Below are positions 1 to 13,779 of a stretch of DNA of 64,000 bases, one piece after another. Under the pieces are notes generated by a model. That model worked only from the letters and a program-made list of their open reading frames with translations. It was not told the origin of the DNA and searched no databases. The position numbers were made by a program, and so were the translations under genes. The stretch is from Squalus acanthias (taxonomy: Eukaryota). Each line of letters starts with the position of its first letter. The first letter of the stretch is position 1. The stretch lies in assembly GCA_030390025.1 (NCBI GenBank), contig CM059432.1, forward strand, positions 91,514,001 to 91,578,000. Reading direction: 5' to 3'.

Positions 1-110
1 GGTCAATTTATCATAGCCAAATCAACCTAACCCGCACATTTTTGGACTGTGGGAGGAAACCGGAGCACCCGGAGGAAACCCACGCAGACACGGGGAGAAT
101 GTGCAAACTC
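1..110 (-). mobile_element. V-domain (HE1-like) SINE fragment, 5'-truncated, abutting a Harbinger MITE
   Basis: Reverse complement reads GAGTTTGCACATTCTCCCCGTGTCTGCGTGGGTTTCCTCCGGGTGCTCCGGTTTCCTCCCACAGTCC; near-identical to the copies at 34406 and 59561. Confidence 0.85.
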
Positions 111-588
111 TCTGCCAGTGAGATGCGGGAGTCTCCGGTTCCCCAACTGTTGAAGCCTGCAGGAAGAAACAAAGGTAAGTAAACATTTTCTATCACTTTT
201 CACTCACCTCACATACTTACCTCTCCACACTTGCACCCATCACTTACCTCGACAGCGCACTTTTGGACCCTTCCGACCCCCTCCGACCCACTGCTCGCCT
301 TGGTGACCCTGGCAGGGTTTCCCGACGTCAGGAATCTCGCACCTCTGCTGGAAAAATGGGGATACTCCTCTTAACTGCCTGTTAACTACCTGTTAACAGG
401 CAGTTAAGTGGCTGTAATCCCCTTCCCGCCTCCAGGAGACGGGACCCGGCGTGGGTCAGCTACCTGCCTCCTGGGAAGATGGCATGGAGGCGGGTTGGGG
501 GTGGGATGGGTACCCGTCCCCAGATTCTGCCATTTTCTCGGCAGTCCCGCCTCCAAACCCACCTCCCCAGGGCTGGCAAAATCGCCCC
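111..588. mobile_element. Harbinger MITE, right part
   Basis: Closely matches 63312-63792; ends in the TIR AAAATCGCCCCC. Confidence 0.85.
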
Positions 589-742
589 CAAAGTATTTGT
601 TTAATTTCTCAGCCATTTCCTTATTCCCCATTATAATTTCTCCTGTCTCAGCCTGTAAGGAACCCACATTTACTTTCGCTAATCTTTTCCTTTTTACATA
701 CCGATAGAAGCTTTTACAGTCTGTTTTTATGTCTCTCGCTAT
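589..742 (-). mobile_element. CR1 LINE ORF2 fragment
   Basis: Translates KSFYRYVKRKRLAKVNVGSLQAETGEIIMGNKEMAEKLNKYF, like the ORF at 55399-57597. Confidence 0.85.
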
Positions 743-769
743 TACTGCTCCGCAATCACAAACTGGCAC

Positions 770-1580
770 ATATCTCTTTCCAAGAATATGTTGTACAGCA
801 GACAGCATACCGTTCTCATTTTGCCAGCTATCTCTGGGGCATACTGTTGCACCTCGGTTTTGCCATAAACATCAGCACTATTGTTTCAACACACCATATC
901 TGCTCTGAGATTTTTGCCTCTTGCATGTGCTTCGTTGTAGAGTATTTTCTGGGAGCAGTCTAATGATCTATTCAACCTGTTGTCATAGTGGAATATGTGA
1001 GGGATCTTTTATTCCCATGATAAGGGGATCCACGAAAATAAGGTGTTGACCTGCAGAATTCTTTGCTGATAGTCGAACAGCATTTGGACATTTATATAGA
1101 ATGGCATTCTTTTCTGTTGATGAACATGGTGGATGTTGTACAGTGTTTCAGTGACCACATTGTGCACCCTGAAAATGCCACGTCTTTCCAAAACCCTTGT
1201 GTGCCTCTTCTGCTCCTGCCATTTCTCATTTAATGTAGTCACCAGCACGTCAAAAAGGACATCTGTGAGCTCTTTTGCCATTGCCTAGTAAGAGGCAATG
1301 GCAAAAGTAGTTGAATGCCATTGTCACGTTTGCCACTATTAGCAGCATTTTGCTGATGTTGCTTCTCAGTTGCAGGTCACATTTCATCTGTGGCTTCCTT
1401 GTGAGACAAAGCCTTCTCATGAAGTTGTCCTTAATGAGGTTGAGTTAGCTCTACCATCTGCAGTAGAGACACTGACTGGTGGTAGCAAGACCTGGTGGTT
1501 CTCTTTCTATGTCCTTGAATCTTTCTGGCTCTGCTCTGCTGATGCTTTCCTCCCCCAGCATGTCCAATATTGGTAATTAA
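770..1580 (-). pseudogene. Very old, degenerate Harbinger transposase remnant
   Basis: Fragmentary motifs DLQLRSNISKMLLIVANVTMAFNYF, YINVQMLFDYQQRILQVN, YNEAHAR and QYAPE...VCCLLYNI, colinear with the transposase at 46798-47971. Confidence 0.7.
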
Positions 1581-2680
1581 TCCTTGCTGCTGTGTGCACT
1601 AAAACAGTTGAGTTTCTTCTTTGAATGTAACATGCTGTGCTCTGAGTTGGACCACTGCCTCAACTACACCTTTTAGAAAGGCCATCAGTAAGGTGATGTG
1701 AGCTGGAAGGCAAGCATGAGCAAATTTTTTGCATTTGCCTTTAATTAGTATTTAACAAGCCAGTACCATTAGCACTGGGTCTGTGCATTAACCTGGATTA
1801 CTCTCTGGAGAAATGTTAGGGACATAGACAAAAATTAGCAAACAATGTTTTACTGCTAATGCACAAAATTACATGAGTGCAGCCTTACCATCTGTATTAG
1901 GTCTAATGCACAAAAGAATTTAATTCCTTTGGAAAGCTGGAGACTGATCTATTAACAATAACCTGAAAAGGGCTAGACTTCAGAAGTGAAGAAGCTCACA
2001 GGGATAGTTATTTGGACAGCGTGTTTGTACAGTTGTAGTGGAAGCTCCATCTTTGATTTGGAGTGATTAATTGATCAAATTACCTGCAGCAATGCTTTAA
2101 TCTTGAGAAGCTAATGTACTTATAATGGAAGCTTTACCTTGGTTGTCAGAAGGAAGCAGTTAGGTTTTGTAAATGGGCGGGCTGCGAAATTCCCGTGCTT
2201 AGCGCTGGCTGTTATGGCTGGTTTGAAGAAAAAAAAAATGGTGCTCACAACGCTTCTGGTGACATCCGGTGTGGGCGGCGCTGGTCGTCACATTAGGAAG
2301 GGTGATAGAGCGGCCGTTGTCTTCGTGCACTGGAAGAATTTAAATGAGGCAGGTCGTGACCTCAATCAGCGTGTAACTCTGATTTGACGCACGACCTGCT
2401 ATTTTAGATGTCGCCGCTCCACTGTATGCCCCCTCCTAAGCACGCACAGCTGAATGTACGTTCAGCTGCACGACGGACCCCCCCACCAGCACTACTTACA
2501 GGGACACATGCAACTTTGAGGTAAGTTGCTTTTTGCCTTTGTGCTGGTTCCTATACAGTTTATTTGTGGCTTGGTGTGAGACATTAAGAAGTTGTTAATG
2601 TGTGCAGGGAGTGCTGCTGGACATTTGCAAGGTCTTGTCTCTTGAAGGAAGGCTTCTGAGAACACCACTTTCTTCCAGTC

Positions 2681-3757
2681 CTGGGGGCTCTAGTTGCAGT
2701 CCCCCTTGGGCTGCAGCATGACATGGCGATGGAGCAGAGGCAGCAAAGAAGACAAGCTGCTCGCAAAGTGAGGAGGAGGAGGAGGAGGAGGAGGGTTCTC
2801 CGCAGGAGGCCGTACCCACCTAGGGTTTTTAGGGAGTACTTCTACCTGCGCCTAAGCCAGGAGAAGTGTGTTCGTCAGCTCCGCTTCATCAAAGAGGTGG
2901 TCACGGAACACTGCCACCTCCTGCAACCAGGCTTGGAGCCCCCGAGCAGGGTGAGGACGGTGCTGCCAGTAGCCCTCAAGGTGACCGTGGCCCTCAATTT
3001 CTTTACCAACGGATCCTTACAGGCTGGAACATCTCGCAGTTTGCCGTCTATCGCTGCATCTGGGAGGTCACGGGCCCTGTATGCTAGGAGAAGGGACTTC
3101 ATTGTCAAGAGAAGCAGGAGGAGCGTGCACATGGCTTTGCCAGGATATTGGCCTTCCTCATGGTGCAGGACGCCATCGACTGCACACGTGGCTTTGCGGG
3201 CTCCACATCTCAATGGTGAGATGTACCACAACTGCAATGGCTACCACTCACTTAATGTACAGTGGGTGTGCGACCACGCCCAGCACGTCATGCAGATGAA
3301 TGCCCGCTATCTTGGCAGCAGAGGTGATGCCTTCATCCTGTGCCAGGAATATTCCAGCCACCACGTCAAGTCCGAGGATGGCTGCTCGGCGACAAGGGCT
3401 ATTCGCTCCACCTCTGTCTGATGACTCCCCTCCACAACCCCACCACTGGTGGCCAGCAATCATTCAATGAGAGCCATGCTGCCACGACGAACGTCATCGA
3501 GCAGACCATCGGCGTGCTAAAGCTTTGGTTCCACTGCCGTGCTCAGGAGAGCTCACCAGTACTCGCCGGAGCGGATGTCCCATTTCGTGGTGGTCTGCTC
3601 CATCCTGCACAACTTGGCCATCATGAGGACGCAGCCCTTGCCACCACTGGTTCCACCACCCCCTCAGGAGGAGGAAGAGGAACAGAGGAGACGGCCTGCC
3701 AATCCACATTCAGGACGGGCTTTCCATGAGCACATCATCAGACTCCACTTCCCCTGA
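2681..3757 (+). pseudogene. Harbinger (HARBI1-like) DDE transposase, frameshifted
   Basis: KVTVALNFF, AIDC, GYHSLNVQWVCD, GWLLGDKGY, NESHAATTNVIEQTIG and CSILHN spread over several frames. Confidence 0.9.
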
Positions 3758-4257
3758 CTTAAAACCCAGACCCTCATTACTCAACACTTCACCACCTTAC
3801 AATCACTCTGTCACAGACCATCACAGTGTCCTCTTGGCTTTCATTTCAGGATTGTGGCCAACACAAAACAAACATTCCAAACACAATTTATCAATCAAAT
3901 GGTACATATCAAAGTCAACTAATCACTCTTGTGCATTCCCTTAGTGCCTGTCTTGCTTGTTCCTTTGCCTGTTCTAGTTGTCCTACGAAGTGCTACACCA
4001 GTGGCTGCAGCATGGCTGGTGGAAGGCTGCTGACTTTCAGTGGAGGAGACTGCAGATGGCCTTGCAGGACAACCTCGAGCAGCTCTGGGCCTAGAAGGCT
4101 CGGCAGCGGACTGCATCACCTCAGTATGGGCAGCAGCAGTCTGGGCTGGCTGGCTGACAGGCAACAACAAGGGCACTGGCAGAGTGTCCTGAGGGAGGAC
4201 AGCAGGTTTGTCCTCCACAGAGCCACTGCCACTCCCTCCGGGCGGCACCTCATCTAT

Positions 4258-7037
4258 CCGAGTTATGAAGACAGAGTTGGCTAAAGTGGACTGGGAAATT
4301 AGATTAAAAGGTAAGACGGTAGATGAGCAGTGGCAGACTTTTAAGGAGATATTTCATAACTCTCTCCAAAGATATATTCCAGTGAGAAAGAAAGACTCTG
4401 AGAAGGATGAACCATCCATGGCTAACTAAGGGAAGTTAAGGAGGGTATCAAATTGAAAGAAAAAGCATACAATGCTGCGAAGATTAGTGGTAGGCCACAA
4501 GATTGGGAATTTTTTTTAGAAACTTGCAAATGATGACTAAAAAAATAATAGAGGGAGAAAATAGATTGAGAGTAAACTAGCAAGAAATATAAATACAGAC
4601 CGTAAGCGCTTCTAAAAGTATATAAAAGGAATAGAGTAGCTAAAGTAAACGTTGGTCCCTTAGAAGATGAGACTGGGGAATTAATAATGGGAAACAAGGA
4701 AATGGCAGAGACTTTGAACAAATATTTTGTATCTGTCTTCACGGTAGAAGATACAAAATGTATCCCAATAATAGTGGAAAATCAAGGGGCAAAAGGGAGG
4801 GAGGAATTTAAAACTATCACTAGAGAAAAAGTACTCGACAAACTAATGGGACTAAAGGCTGACAAGTACCCTGGATCTGATAGCCTGCATCCTAGGGTCT
4901 TAAAAGAAGTGGCTGCAGAGATAGTGGATGCATTGGTTCTAATCTTCCAAAATTCCCTAGATTCTGGAAAGGTCCCAGCGGATTGGAAAACCGCAAATGT
5001 AACGCCCCTATTCAAGTAAGGAGGGAGACAGAAAGCAGGAAACTATAGGCCAGTTAGCCGAACATCTGTCATTGGGGAAATGCTGGTATCCATTATTAAG
5101 GAAGTAATAGCAGGACATTTAGAAAATCATAATCCAATCAAGCAGAGTTAACATGGTTTTATGAAAGGGAAATCGTGTTTGACAAATTTATTAGAGTTCT
5201 TTGAGGATGTAACGAGCAGAATGGATAAAGGGGAACCAGTAGATGTAGTGTATTTGGATTTCCAAAAGGCATTTCCAAGGTGCCATATAAAAGGTTACTG
5301 CACAAGATAAGAGCTCATGGTGTTGGGGGTAATATATTCGCATGGATAGAGGATTGGCTAACTAACAGAAAACAGAGAGTCGGGATAAATGGGTTATTTT
5401 CAGGTTGGCAAACTAACTTGTGGGGTGCCAAGGATCAGTGCTGGGGCCTCAACTATTTACAATCTATATTAATGACTTGGATGAAGGGACTGAGTGTACT
5501 GTAGCCAAATTTGCTGACAATACAAAGATAGGTGGGAAAGCAAGTTGTGAGGAGTACAAAGGGCAGAATTTTCATTGACCCGTGGAGGTGGGTTTGGAGG
5601 CGTGTGGGGGGGTTAAAATTGCGAAAACTGGCGGGCGGGTACAAGCCCGCCTCCATCACGCCTCCACGCAATTTTCATTAAATCGTGTCTGCTGGTCCTG
5701 ACTCCGTCCCGCCTCTAAGAGGCGGGATAGGCTGTTAAGGCCCTTAACAAGCACTAAATTGCCTCTATAATGCCATTTTGAAAGGCCTTTATGATTTTAA
5801 CCCTTTTTCTACGTGAAGCACGCCTGTTCTGAAGCACGAATGTGAAACCTGGCGGGAGCACATTTGGATAGCTGACTATCAGCTGCAGGTCCACTATTAC
5901 AACGGAGATGTAGTAGGAGGAGGAGGAGATATATCTGGGAGTGGTGGTGGTACAAAAATATCTGGGAGCAGACTTAGGGCTGCTGCTGCTCATTTTGCCT
6001 CCAGGTCCTCTCACAGCAAAGGCCAGGCAGTCTTTGCAGACCTTCAATACAGCAGCAATGATGACATCATCAGAGGCGACTTTCAGACTGAAAACACTAA
6101 TTGGGTCATGGGTTCCCACATGCTGGAACTCAATTGCCCAATTAGGTGAAAATCGCATCAATCGCCCACATCCAATTGCAGTCGGGTGGATAACACGACC
6201 CCAACCCGCCCCAGTATCAAAATCCAGCCCATAGAGTCTGCAAAGGGAAATAGATAGATTAAGTGAGTGGGCAAAAATTTAGCAGATGGTGTATAATGTG
6301 GGAAAATGTGAGGTTATCTACTTTGGTAGGAAGAATAGAAAAGCAAAATATTATTTAAATGGAGAGACTACAGAATGCTGCGGTACAGAGGGATCTGGGT
6401 GTCCTCGTACATGAAACACAAAAAGTTAGCATGCAGGTGCAACAAGTAATTAGGAAGGCAAATGGAATGTTGGCCTTTATTGCAAGGGGGATGGAGTATA
6501 AAAGTAGGGAAGTCTTACTACAACTGTACAGGGCCACACCTAGAGTACTGCATACAGTTTTGGTCTCCTTATTTAAGGAGGGATATACTTGTATTGGAGG
6601 CAGTTCAGAGAAGGTTCACTAGGTTGATTCCTGAGATGAAAGCGTTGTCTTATGAAGAAAGTTGGAGTTTAGAAGAATGAGAGGTGATCTTATTGAAATA
6701 TACAAGATTCTGAGGGGGCTTGACAGGGTAGATGCTGAGAAAATGTTTCCCCTGGTGGGGGAATCCATTTAAGATGGAGATGAGGAGGAATTTCTTCACT
6801 CAGAGGGTCGTGAATCTTTGGAATTCTCTACCCCAGAGAGCTGTGGAGGCTGAGTCATTGAATATATTCAAGGCTGAGATAGACAGATTTTTGAACTACA
6901 GTAGAGTCGAGGGTTATGGGGAACAGGCACAAATGCGGAATTGAGGCCTAGATCAGATCAGCCATGATCTTATTGAATGGCGGAGCAGGCTCGAGGGGCC
7001 GAATGGCCTACTCCTGCTCCTATTTCTTATGCTCTTA
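4258..7037 (+). mobile_element. 5'-truncated CR1 LINE with degenerate RT
   Basis: ORF2 motifs (WKTANVTPLFK, HLEYCIQFWSPY, RRNFFTQRVVNLWNSLP); 3' tail GGCCGAATGGCCTACTCCTGCTCCTATTTCTTATG. Confidence 0.92.
5561..6230. mobile_element. Harbinger MITE inserted in CR1 RT
   Basis: TIRs GGGCAGAATTTT / AAAATCCAGCCC; flanks AAA/ATA; CR1 sequence resumes across it; paralog at 42098-42849. Confidence 0.9.
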
Positions 7038-8057
7038 AATCTGTGAGGGTGAGGTGCAGCTAGGAATGTGAAATGTGCCTCGTATTTGGTAGAGATTGTT
7101 GGTAGGTGAGTGATGGAGGGGGTGTTGTGCATTGAGCAGATGTGCCAGTGGTGCAGTCAGTAGGAGATGGCTTTTGAAGATGCATTCACTAACCTTGACC
7201 ACTCATCTGAGGTAATTAAACTTTTGGCACTGGAGCCACGTCCTGGGGGCAACACTGCTGGCAGTGACCGCCTCTGCGATCTGGTCACAAATCCTTCTCA
7301 GTGTTTCTGGTGAGCCTCCTGTCCCCCTGTGGGTACAGGACCTCTCTTCGAGTGTTCACCCCCTGCACAAAGGCCTTGAGTGCTGAGTAAGACCTGGGTG
7401 CCCTTTCCCTGGCCTGTTGAGCCATTTTGGTTTGTGCTGAAGCAGTTTTAACATTTTTGATAAGCAGAAGGCAGTTCACCTTTAAGAGGTGCAGACTGCC
7501 TTGAAGAGGCGCAGGCTAGCCTCGCGCGAACATTGCAAACTTCGGCTCCCTGCTGTGCGCACAGCCAGTCAGCAGCGCATTCTGTGCTGGGCTGTGCGCT
7601 GCTATCATGCAAAGTAGCAAGCAGCACGAAGTTTACGTGCTGCCTGCAATCCTTTCAACGGGCGCTGGCTGATCATGCATCGCGATCCTCGCACCCATTT
7701 TCAGACCTAATCGAACTTTTAGCCCGAGAAATCCTAAGAGCTCTGTTGGTAGTGTTTAATATGTTTACAGTTTTTAAGCTCAATCCAGAGAGAACAATGA
7801 CCTGCTGCACCACAACATGTCGCAGTGTAATCCAGCAGTGAACTCAGTAATAAGTTAAGAGAAACTTAGTATAGTTCAGTAGTAGAAGTGCATGTGTTAG
7901 CTGAAACTTAGGAACAGAAAGCTGCCAATGAACTAAGAGAAAGAATGATTCCTGTGGCTGTTTTCGTTTATGTTGGACAATTAAAGAGCCAAATTAGGTA
8001 GCACACATAAAACTCCTAGACACGAACCTGAATCCTGATCCATTATTCCTACATATA

Positions 8058-8702
8058 GAGGCCAAAATTCCTGGGTTGGTTGAGGATGAAAAAGCCAAAT
8101 TCCACCCAAGCAGCCCAGAAATGTGGGCCAGATCCTCGTTCTGCTGGGATTCTACCTCGAACAAAGTGCCCGCCTATATTCCAGTCTGGTATATGGGTGG
8201 GGGGCGGTGGTGGAAGAGGGTGAATTTTCTGTCTGCATCGCCCCTCAACAAAGAGGCATGCCTGGGGGAGTTCTGGACTACTCTGGGAACTCCATACATT
8301 ACGTCCTCGGCAGACTTCAATGGAACACTCACCAGCTAAGAGCTGGCATAAGTCACGTTAGGGATCCAAACCTTTAGGCACCAAAGGTGGTTGATTAGCT
8401 TCAAATAATGCCCCTCTGGTACCATTAGGTGCTGAAGATTGTAAAAACCTACCTGTTTGGGCCATTCCCAGGTCTCCTTTCCTTCGTCAGGGAGGCATGG
8501 CGCCACTCTGACTTTGCCACTGGTGGATCAAGGTGGGCACCGTTGATGGGTTCTTGCAGATGCAGGCTGCCTATCCCGAGTATGTAGATGATCCCATCCC
8601 TGAGATTTGGGTCAGAATCCGTGTCTTTAGTATATGGATGGCTGGGAGTCCAGCTCCACTAAATTTTTGCTGGTGGAACAGGACTCCCAGAATTTTGGGA
8701 CC
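8058..8702. mobile_element. Old Harbinger-type MITE
   Basis: Imperfect TIRs GAGGCCAAAATTCCTGGG / CCCAGAATTTTGGGACC; ATA on both flanks. Confidence 0.65.
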
Positions 8703-8957
8703 ATAGTATTTATTACATAAGTAAGTATTTATTACATAAGTAAGATTGTCATCAGATGAAATACCAGCTTCAGAAGTGTAAAAAAAATCATGTCTGTTCA
8801 CATTAAATATTCTGATTTTTTAATAATTGCTAGCAGATTGACTATGGGATTGTTTACAGTGAATTGGAGAAGTGCTGTACCATGTAATACACAATATATT
8901 AGTTGATCTCTTGTAGCATTGTTCAAGGGCAAAAGTAATCTTTCTTTCTATAACTGT

Positions 8958-9461
8958 GGCCCCGATATTTACTGGGGCGTGCGTTTGGATTGGGGTAGGA
9001 GTTATGGTTGACAGGCTAGCTGCCTGTCTGGGGGGCGGGGGTGATGGGGGGCAGGTGGTGGGGGAGTGGAAAGATTGCTTTGGGGGGTGGGTGGTTTACA
9101 GGTTAGCTTGTTGAACCTGAAGGAAATACTCCTGCTCCTCCTGGCCCACAAGCAGTGCTGTTAATGCACTTATTTGATGGATCCAGCCCTATACTCCTCC
9201 TTTCACTTGCCGGGTTTCCTGAGGCCTGGGAAGCCCGGCCGACATGGGTTAAAAATAGAAATCTTGTTAAAATGGAAGTACGCAGCCTCCTTTAAAAGGT
9301 TTTCCCGACCGACCAGCCTCCTAAGAGTTGATTGGTCACCCGTCCTTCGTCCCGCCTTCGGTAAAAGCGGATGTGGGTGGGTGCGAGGCAGGTTAGGTTC
9401 AGAATTGAATTTTTTTTACATTTCAACTTCCCCCCTGTTTTTAGTGGTTAAAATTCTCGCC
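8958..9461. mobile_element. Harbinger-type MITE, G-rich family
   Basis: Starts GGCCCCGATATTTACTGGG like 22546; ends AAAATTCTCGCC. Confidence 0.7.
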
Positions 9462-10261
9462 GTGCCTCTGCTTCTTTCCCACTGAAATCCTTTTTGTGTG
9501 GATCTGTATCTTTGTTTTCTTCCTTCTCCCTCTTTTTCTTTGACTCTCGTCATTACAGCACTGAAATAGGCTATTTGGCCTATTAAGTCTGTGCCAATGT
9601 TTTTCTCCACTTGAGCCACTTAGTCTGATCCCACTCTTCTGTTTGATCTTTAATAGTCCTCTTTTCCAAGTAACTATCAAATTCTCTAGAATTTTTAGAC
9701 TTTATTTCAACAGCAATTTGTGATGGTGAACTCTACATTCTACCCAATGCCTGTGTAAAGGAAAAAGTAAGATGCTGGAAATCTGAAATAAAAACGTACA
9801 GCAAGTCAGGCAGCATCTGTGTAAAGAGGAAGGTAGGGTTAATATTTTCTGTTGAAGATCTTTGTGTAACAATGGCTTTTTTCCTAGCCTCCCCAGTAAT
9901 TCTTTGTCAATATCTTAAATATGTGCCCTTTTGTTAATGTCCACCTCCAAGTAAAAACAAATCTATCCCTATTCACCTTAAAACCGATCATAATCTTGAA
10001 AGACCTTTTATGGAGTCGCCAAGGTCTCTTTGTTACTTTACTCCATTGAAAGTCTTGCCAGTTAAGGTTATATTTCCTATTCTTACTTCCAAAATGTATT
10101 ACCTCTGAAGATCGTGCAGAGTTGGAGTAAAATACCTCAAGGACAGGCAGAGACCTGGTGTAGCGTAGAATACTGCTGCTTAAAGGTCTTACAAACCAGG
10201 AAATTATAGACCTGTTAGTCTAACATCTATTGCAAGGAAGTTGTTTTAAAAAAAAAAAAAT

Positions 10262-11190
10262 GCTTCCTAATGTCTCCTCTAGGTCTCTTGCCAATCACCT
10301 TAAATCTGTGTCCTCTGGTTTACCACCCTGCTGCCACTGGAAACAATTTCTCTGTATTTACTCTATCAAAACCATTCATGATTTTGAACACCTCTATCAA
10401 ATCTCCCCTTAACCTTCTCTGCTCTTAAGGAGAACAACCCCAGCTGCTCCAGTCTCTCCACGTAACTGAAGTCCCTCGTCCCTGATACCATTCTAGTAAA
10501 TCTCTTCTGTACCCTCTCCAAAGCCTTGACATCCTTCCTAAAGTGTAGTGCCCAGAATTGAACACAATACTCTAGCTGAAACCTAGCCAATGTTTTTTAT
10601 ATAGGTTTAGCATAACTTCTTTGCTTTTGTACTCTATTCTTCTATTCAAGGATTACATATGCTTTTTTTAACAGCCTTCTCAACTTATCCTGCAGACTTC
10701 AAAGATTTGTGTACATACACCCCAGGTCTCTCTGATCCTGCACCCCCTTTAAAATGTTACCATTTAGTTCATATTGCCTCTCCTTATTCTTCCTACCAAA
10801 ATGTATCACTTCACACTTCTCTGCTTTAAATTCCATCTACCATGTGTGTGCCCATTTTACCAGTCTGTCTATGTCCTCCTTATGTCTGTTACTATCCTCC
10901 TCATTGTTTACTACATTTCTGAGTTTTGTGTCATCTGTAAACTTTGAAATTATGCCCTGTATACCCAAGTCCAGGACATTAATATATCTCAAAGCGAGAC
11001 TGACCCTAACACCACTGATGTACATCCCTCCAGTATGATAAAACAACCGTTCACCACTACTCTCTGCTTTCTGTCCCTTAGCCAATTTTGTATCCCTGCT
11101 GCCACTGTCCCTTTAATCCCATGGGCTTTAATTTTGCTAGCAAGTCCATTATGTGATACTTTGTCAAACGCCTTTCAATAGTCCATGCAC
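10262..11190 (-). mobile_element. Degenerate CR1 RT / 3' fragment
   Basis: LEYCVQFW...RKDVKALERVQKRFTRM and ISKFTDDTKL motifs. Confidence 0.85.
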
Positions 11191-11271
11191 AGTTGAGAAA
11201 AGATTTTTCTAATTGCTTCAGTCAAAGCTGATGTTTCAATGTTTGTGGACATTAAAACCTGTAATCTCAAT

Positions 11272-11900
11272 CATAGGAACAAGAGTAGACCATTCAGTCC
11301 CTTGAGCCTGTTCCGCCTCCATTCAATTAGCAAACGGCAATTGATGCTAGGTCAATTGTTAATTTTAAATCTGAGATTGATAGCTTTTTGTTAACCAAAA
11401 GTATTAAGGGATATGGACCAAAGGCGGATATCTGGATTTAGATTGCAGATCAGCTATGATCTCATTGAATGGCGGAACAGGCTCGAGGGGCTGAATGGTC
11501 TACTCCTATATTCCTAGATCATGGCTGATCTGCACCTACACTCCATTTACCCGTCTTTGATCCATATGCCTTGATACCATCACCAAATAAAAATTGGTTG
11601 ATCTCAGCCTTGATAATTTCAATTAACCCAGCATCCATAGCCTTTTGGTGGAGAGAATTCCACATTTCCACTACTCTTTGTGTGAAAATGTGCTTCCTGA
11701 TTTCACTCCTGTATGGCCTAGCTCTAATTGTAAGAATGTGCCTCTTTGTTCTGGAGTCCCCCACCAGAGGAAATAGCTTTTCTCTATCTACTCTATTGAA
11801 TCGTTTTATCATTTTAAACACCTCAATTAGCTCACATCTCATCCTTCTAAACTCAAGGGAATACAACCCAAGTTAATGCAACTTGTCCTCTTAATTTAGC
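11272..11900. mobile_element. Nested CR1 3' ends: a + strand tail (about 11330-11515) inside a - strand CR1 3' fragment
   Basis: ORF 11519-11866 (-) is the CR1 ORF2 C-terminus; tail motifs occur in both orientations. Confidence 0.8.
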
Positions 11901-12911
11901 CCTTTAAGCTTCGGTCTCGACCGGTTCTCATAATTTAACCCATTAAGCCATTGTCTCAGCCCCCTCTAATATGGGGTCCCAAGTAAGGGGTGCATGAAGG
12001 TTTCATTTCTTACTGGGCCCTATGGGTCCCTGCCATTTTTCAGTAGCTTCTGCTGGTCTCCTACTGGAGTTATGGTGGGAGACTGGCAAAACCCCAAGCA
12101 ATTTTGGCCCATGATGTTTTTTGGCATAAGATACCATCTGTACATTCATAGGATTGAAGCCTTTCCTGCTAATGTAAATGTGTGTTCTTGACAGGTATGT
12201 GATTAGTTAGTTCCCAAACATTGAGCGAGACTGTAATGATAAAAGATGTCTGGCCCACTCCTACTTCTGCAGAGACATTAACATGATGAGACATCCATCT
12301 AAGTAAAGCAGTAACTTGAGAAATTGCATGTTATTGAGTGACTGATGCCCACGGATACTCTGAGTGCCAGTGAGCACAGTGGCCACCCTCACTGGACCTG
12401 GTGGGGCATAATTGATACTGACACGCCAGATTCTTTTTGAGCCATCACTTAGACCATATGGCATTTACTTGTTAAATGTAAATCCCTATGAGCACTGTGT
12501 GTCAGTCTAATCAATAAAACTAATGTGATGTCTGTAAAACCTGAGGTGACATTTCCTTCCCAAATTCCAGTACTACTGATAGCAAGCATGCTTCAGCTTC
12601 AAAAAGAGAATTCAGAGAGCGTACCTTTTCGAGGTTAGTGGTTAATGAAAGTAACCTAAAACAATATTTGCTATGTCAGGAAAAGAGGGCACTGGTTTAA
12701 GTTTGTAAAGGGCAAATTTAGGACACAAATCAAGAGTATTTCTTCACGCATAGAGTGACCAACAGCTGGAACATGTTACCAGCAGAAGTGGTTGAGGCTC
12801 GGACACAGGGCTCATTTTGGCAACAGTTAGACGGTAGAGTTTGTAGTTTGGAAGAATGAGACCAAATGGGCTAAAGGGCATTATTGATCTCAACTCATCT
12901 TGCGATCTTGT

Positions 12912-13779
12912 GGGTGAATTTTCTTGGGGGTGTATTTTCTCGGGGTTTCTGCCGCTCCACCAGTGTAACTTTGGAGGCAATCGTTTATGCACGTAAATGG
13001 AATTTCTGCCAAAGTTACAGTGGTGGAGTGGGAGAAGCCCTGAGGCAATTTACCCAATGTGATTTTTGAAGCATTTTTTTGTTACTGGTATGAAAATCTG
13101 TATAAAAATTGATGCACAATGCAAAATATTTCACAATGTTGCGCAAGGTCAATTGGAGTCGATTTTGGCTTTTCGGCAGCCAACTGGCCGGCTGCCCTTT
13201 CACGGCGAAGGGGCAGCCGTGATTTTGAGGCCCTAGCCTCATTTGAATTTGGTAGGCGAGCTCCGGGGGCAATAAGGCATCCTGATGGCTCTCTCCTCTC
13301 TTCAGCCTCAGGAATGTCAGTCGGCTGGGATGCCCGCAGAGACCCACAGGCAGGTGCTCAAAGGGATGCAAAGCCAAGGCGGGGTGAGGCCAGGCCAGCA
13401 GCGGCCCACCGTATTTTTGTGGAGCCAGGAGAAGAGCTCCTGTTCCTTCTGAGTACTCAAACATTTCTTTGAACAGTTTCTGTCTGTTTCCTGATCGGAA
13501 CCCCAGTACACATGGGTGGAGCGTTCGTATCACAAGCTCCACTTGTGTCCCTTTAAAATTGCAATCAGCGTCCTATCCTAATTACGTCATTAGGCCCCTG
13601 ATTTACATGTGAAAGAGGCTTACTGCTTGTTTTAGGCAGGCTCTTCGGCCATCCAACAGCAGGCCTCTGAACATTAAAGCGGGCCAGTCGTTGGGGTTCA
13701 TGAGGCGGTATGGCTATCGAGCCCATTTTTAGGCCCTTACTGCCCATTAACACTGATTTTCCCCAAGTGAAAATCGGCT
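12912..13779. mobile_element. Probable Harbinger-type MITE
   Basis: GGGTGAATTTTCTTGGGG ... CCCCAAGTGAAAATCGGC imperfect inverted termini; GC-rich interior. Confidence 0.55.

Larger units (their letters stand above)
2155..7725. mobile_element. Harbinger element A (transposase +, Myb gene -), interrupted by a CR1; left TIR eroded
   Basis: Transposase 2681-3757; Myb 3' end 3919-4250; Myb exon 1 about 7190-7425; right TIR AACTTTTAGCCC ends at 7725. Confidence 0.8.

Noticed and set aside
111..588. Direct repeat with 63312-63792 suggesting a 63-kb LTR-bounded element or segmental duplication
   Set aside because: Similarity stops at the MITE TIR and the flanks are unrelated, so these are two independent MITE copies
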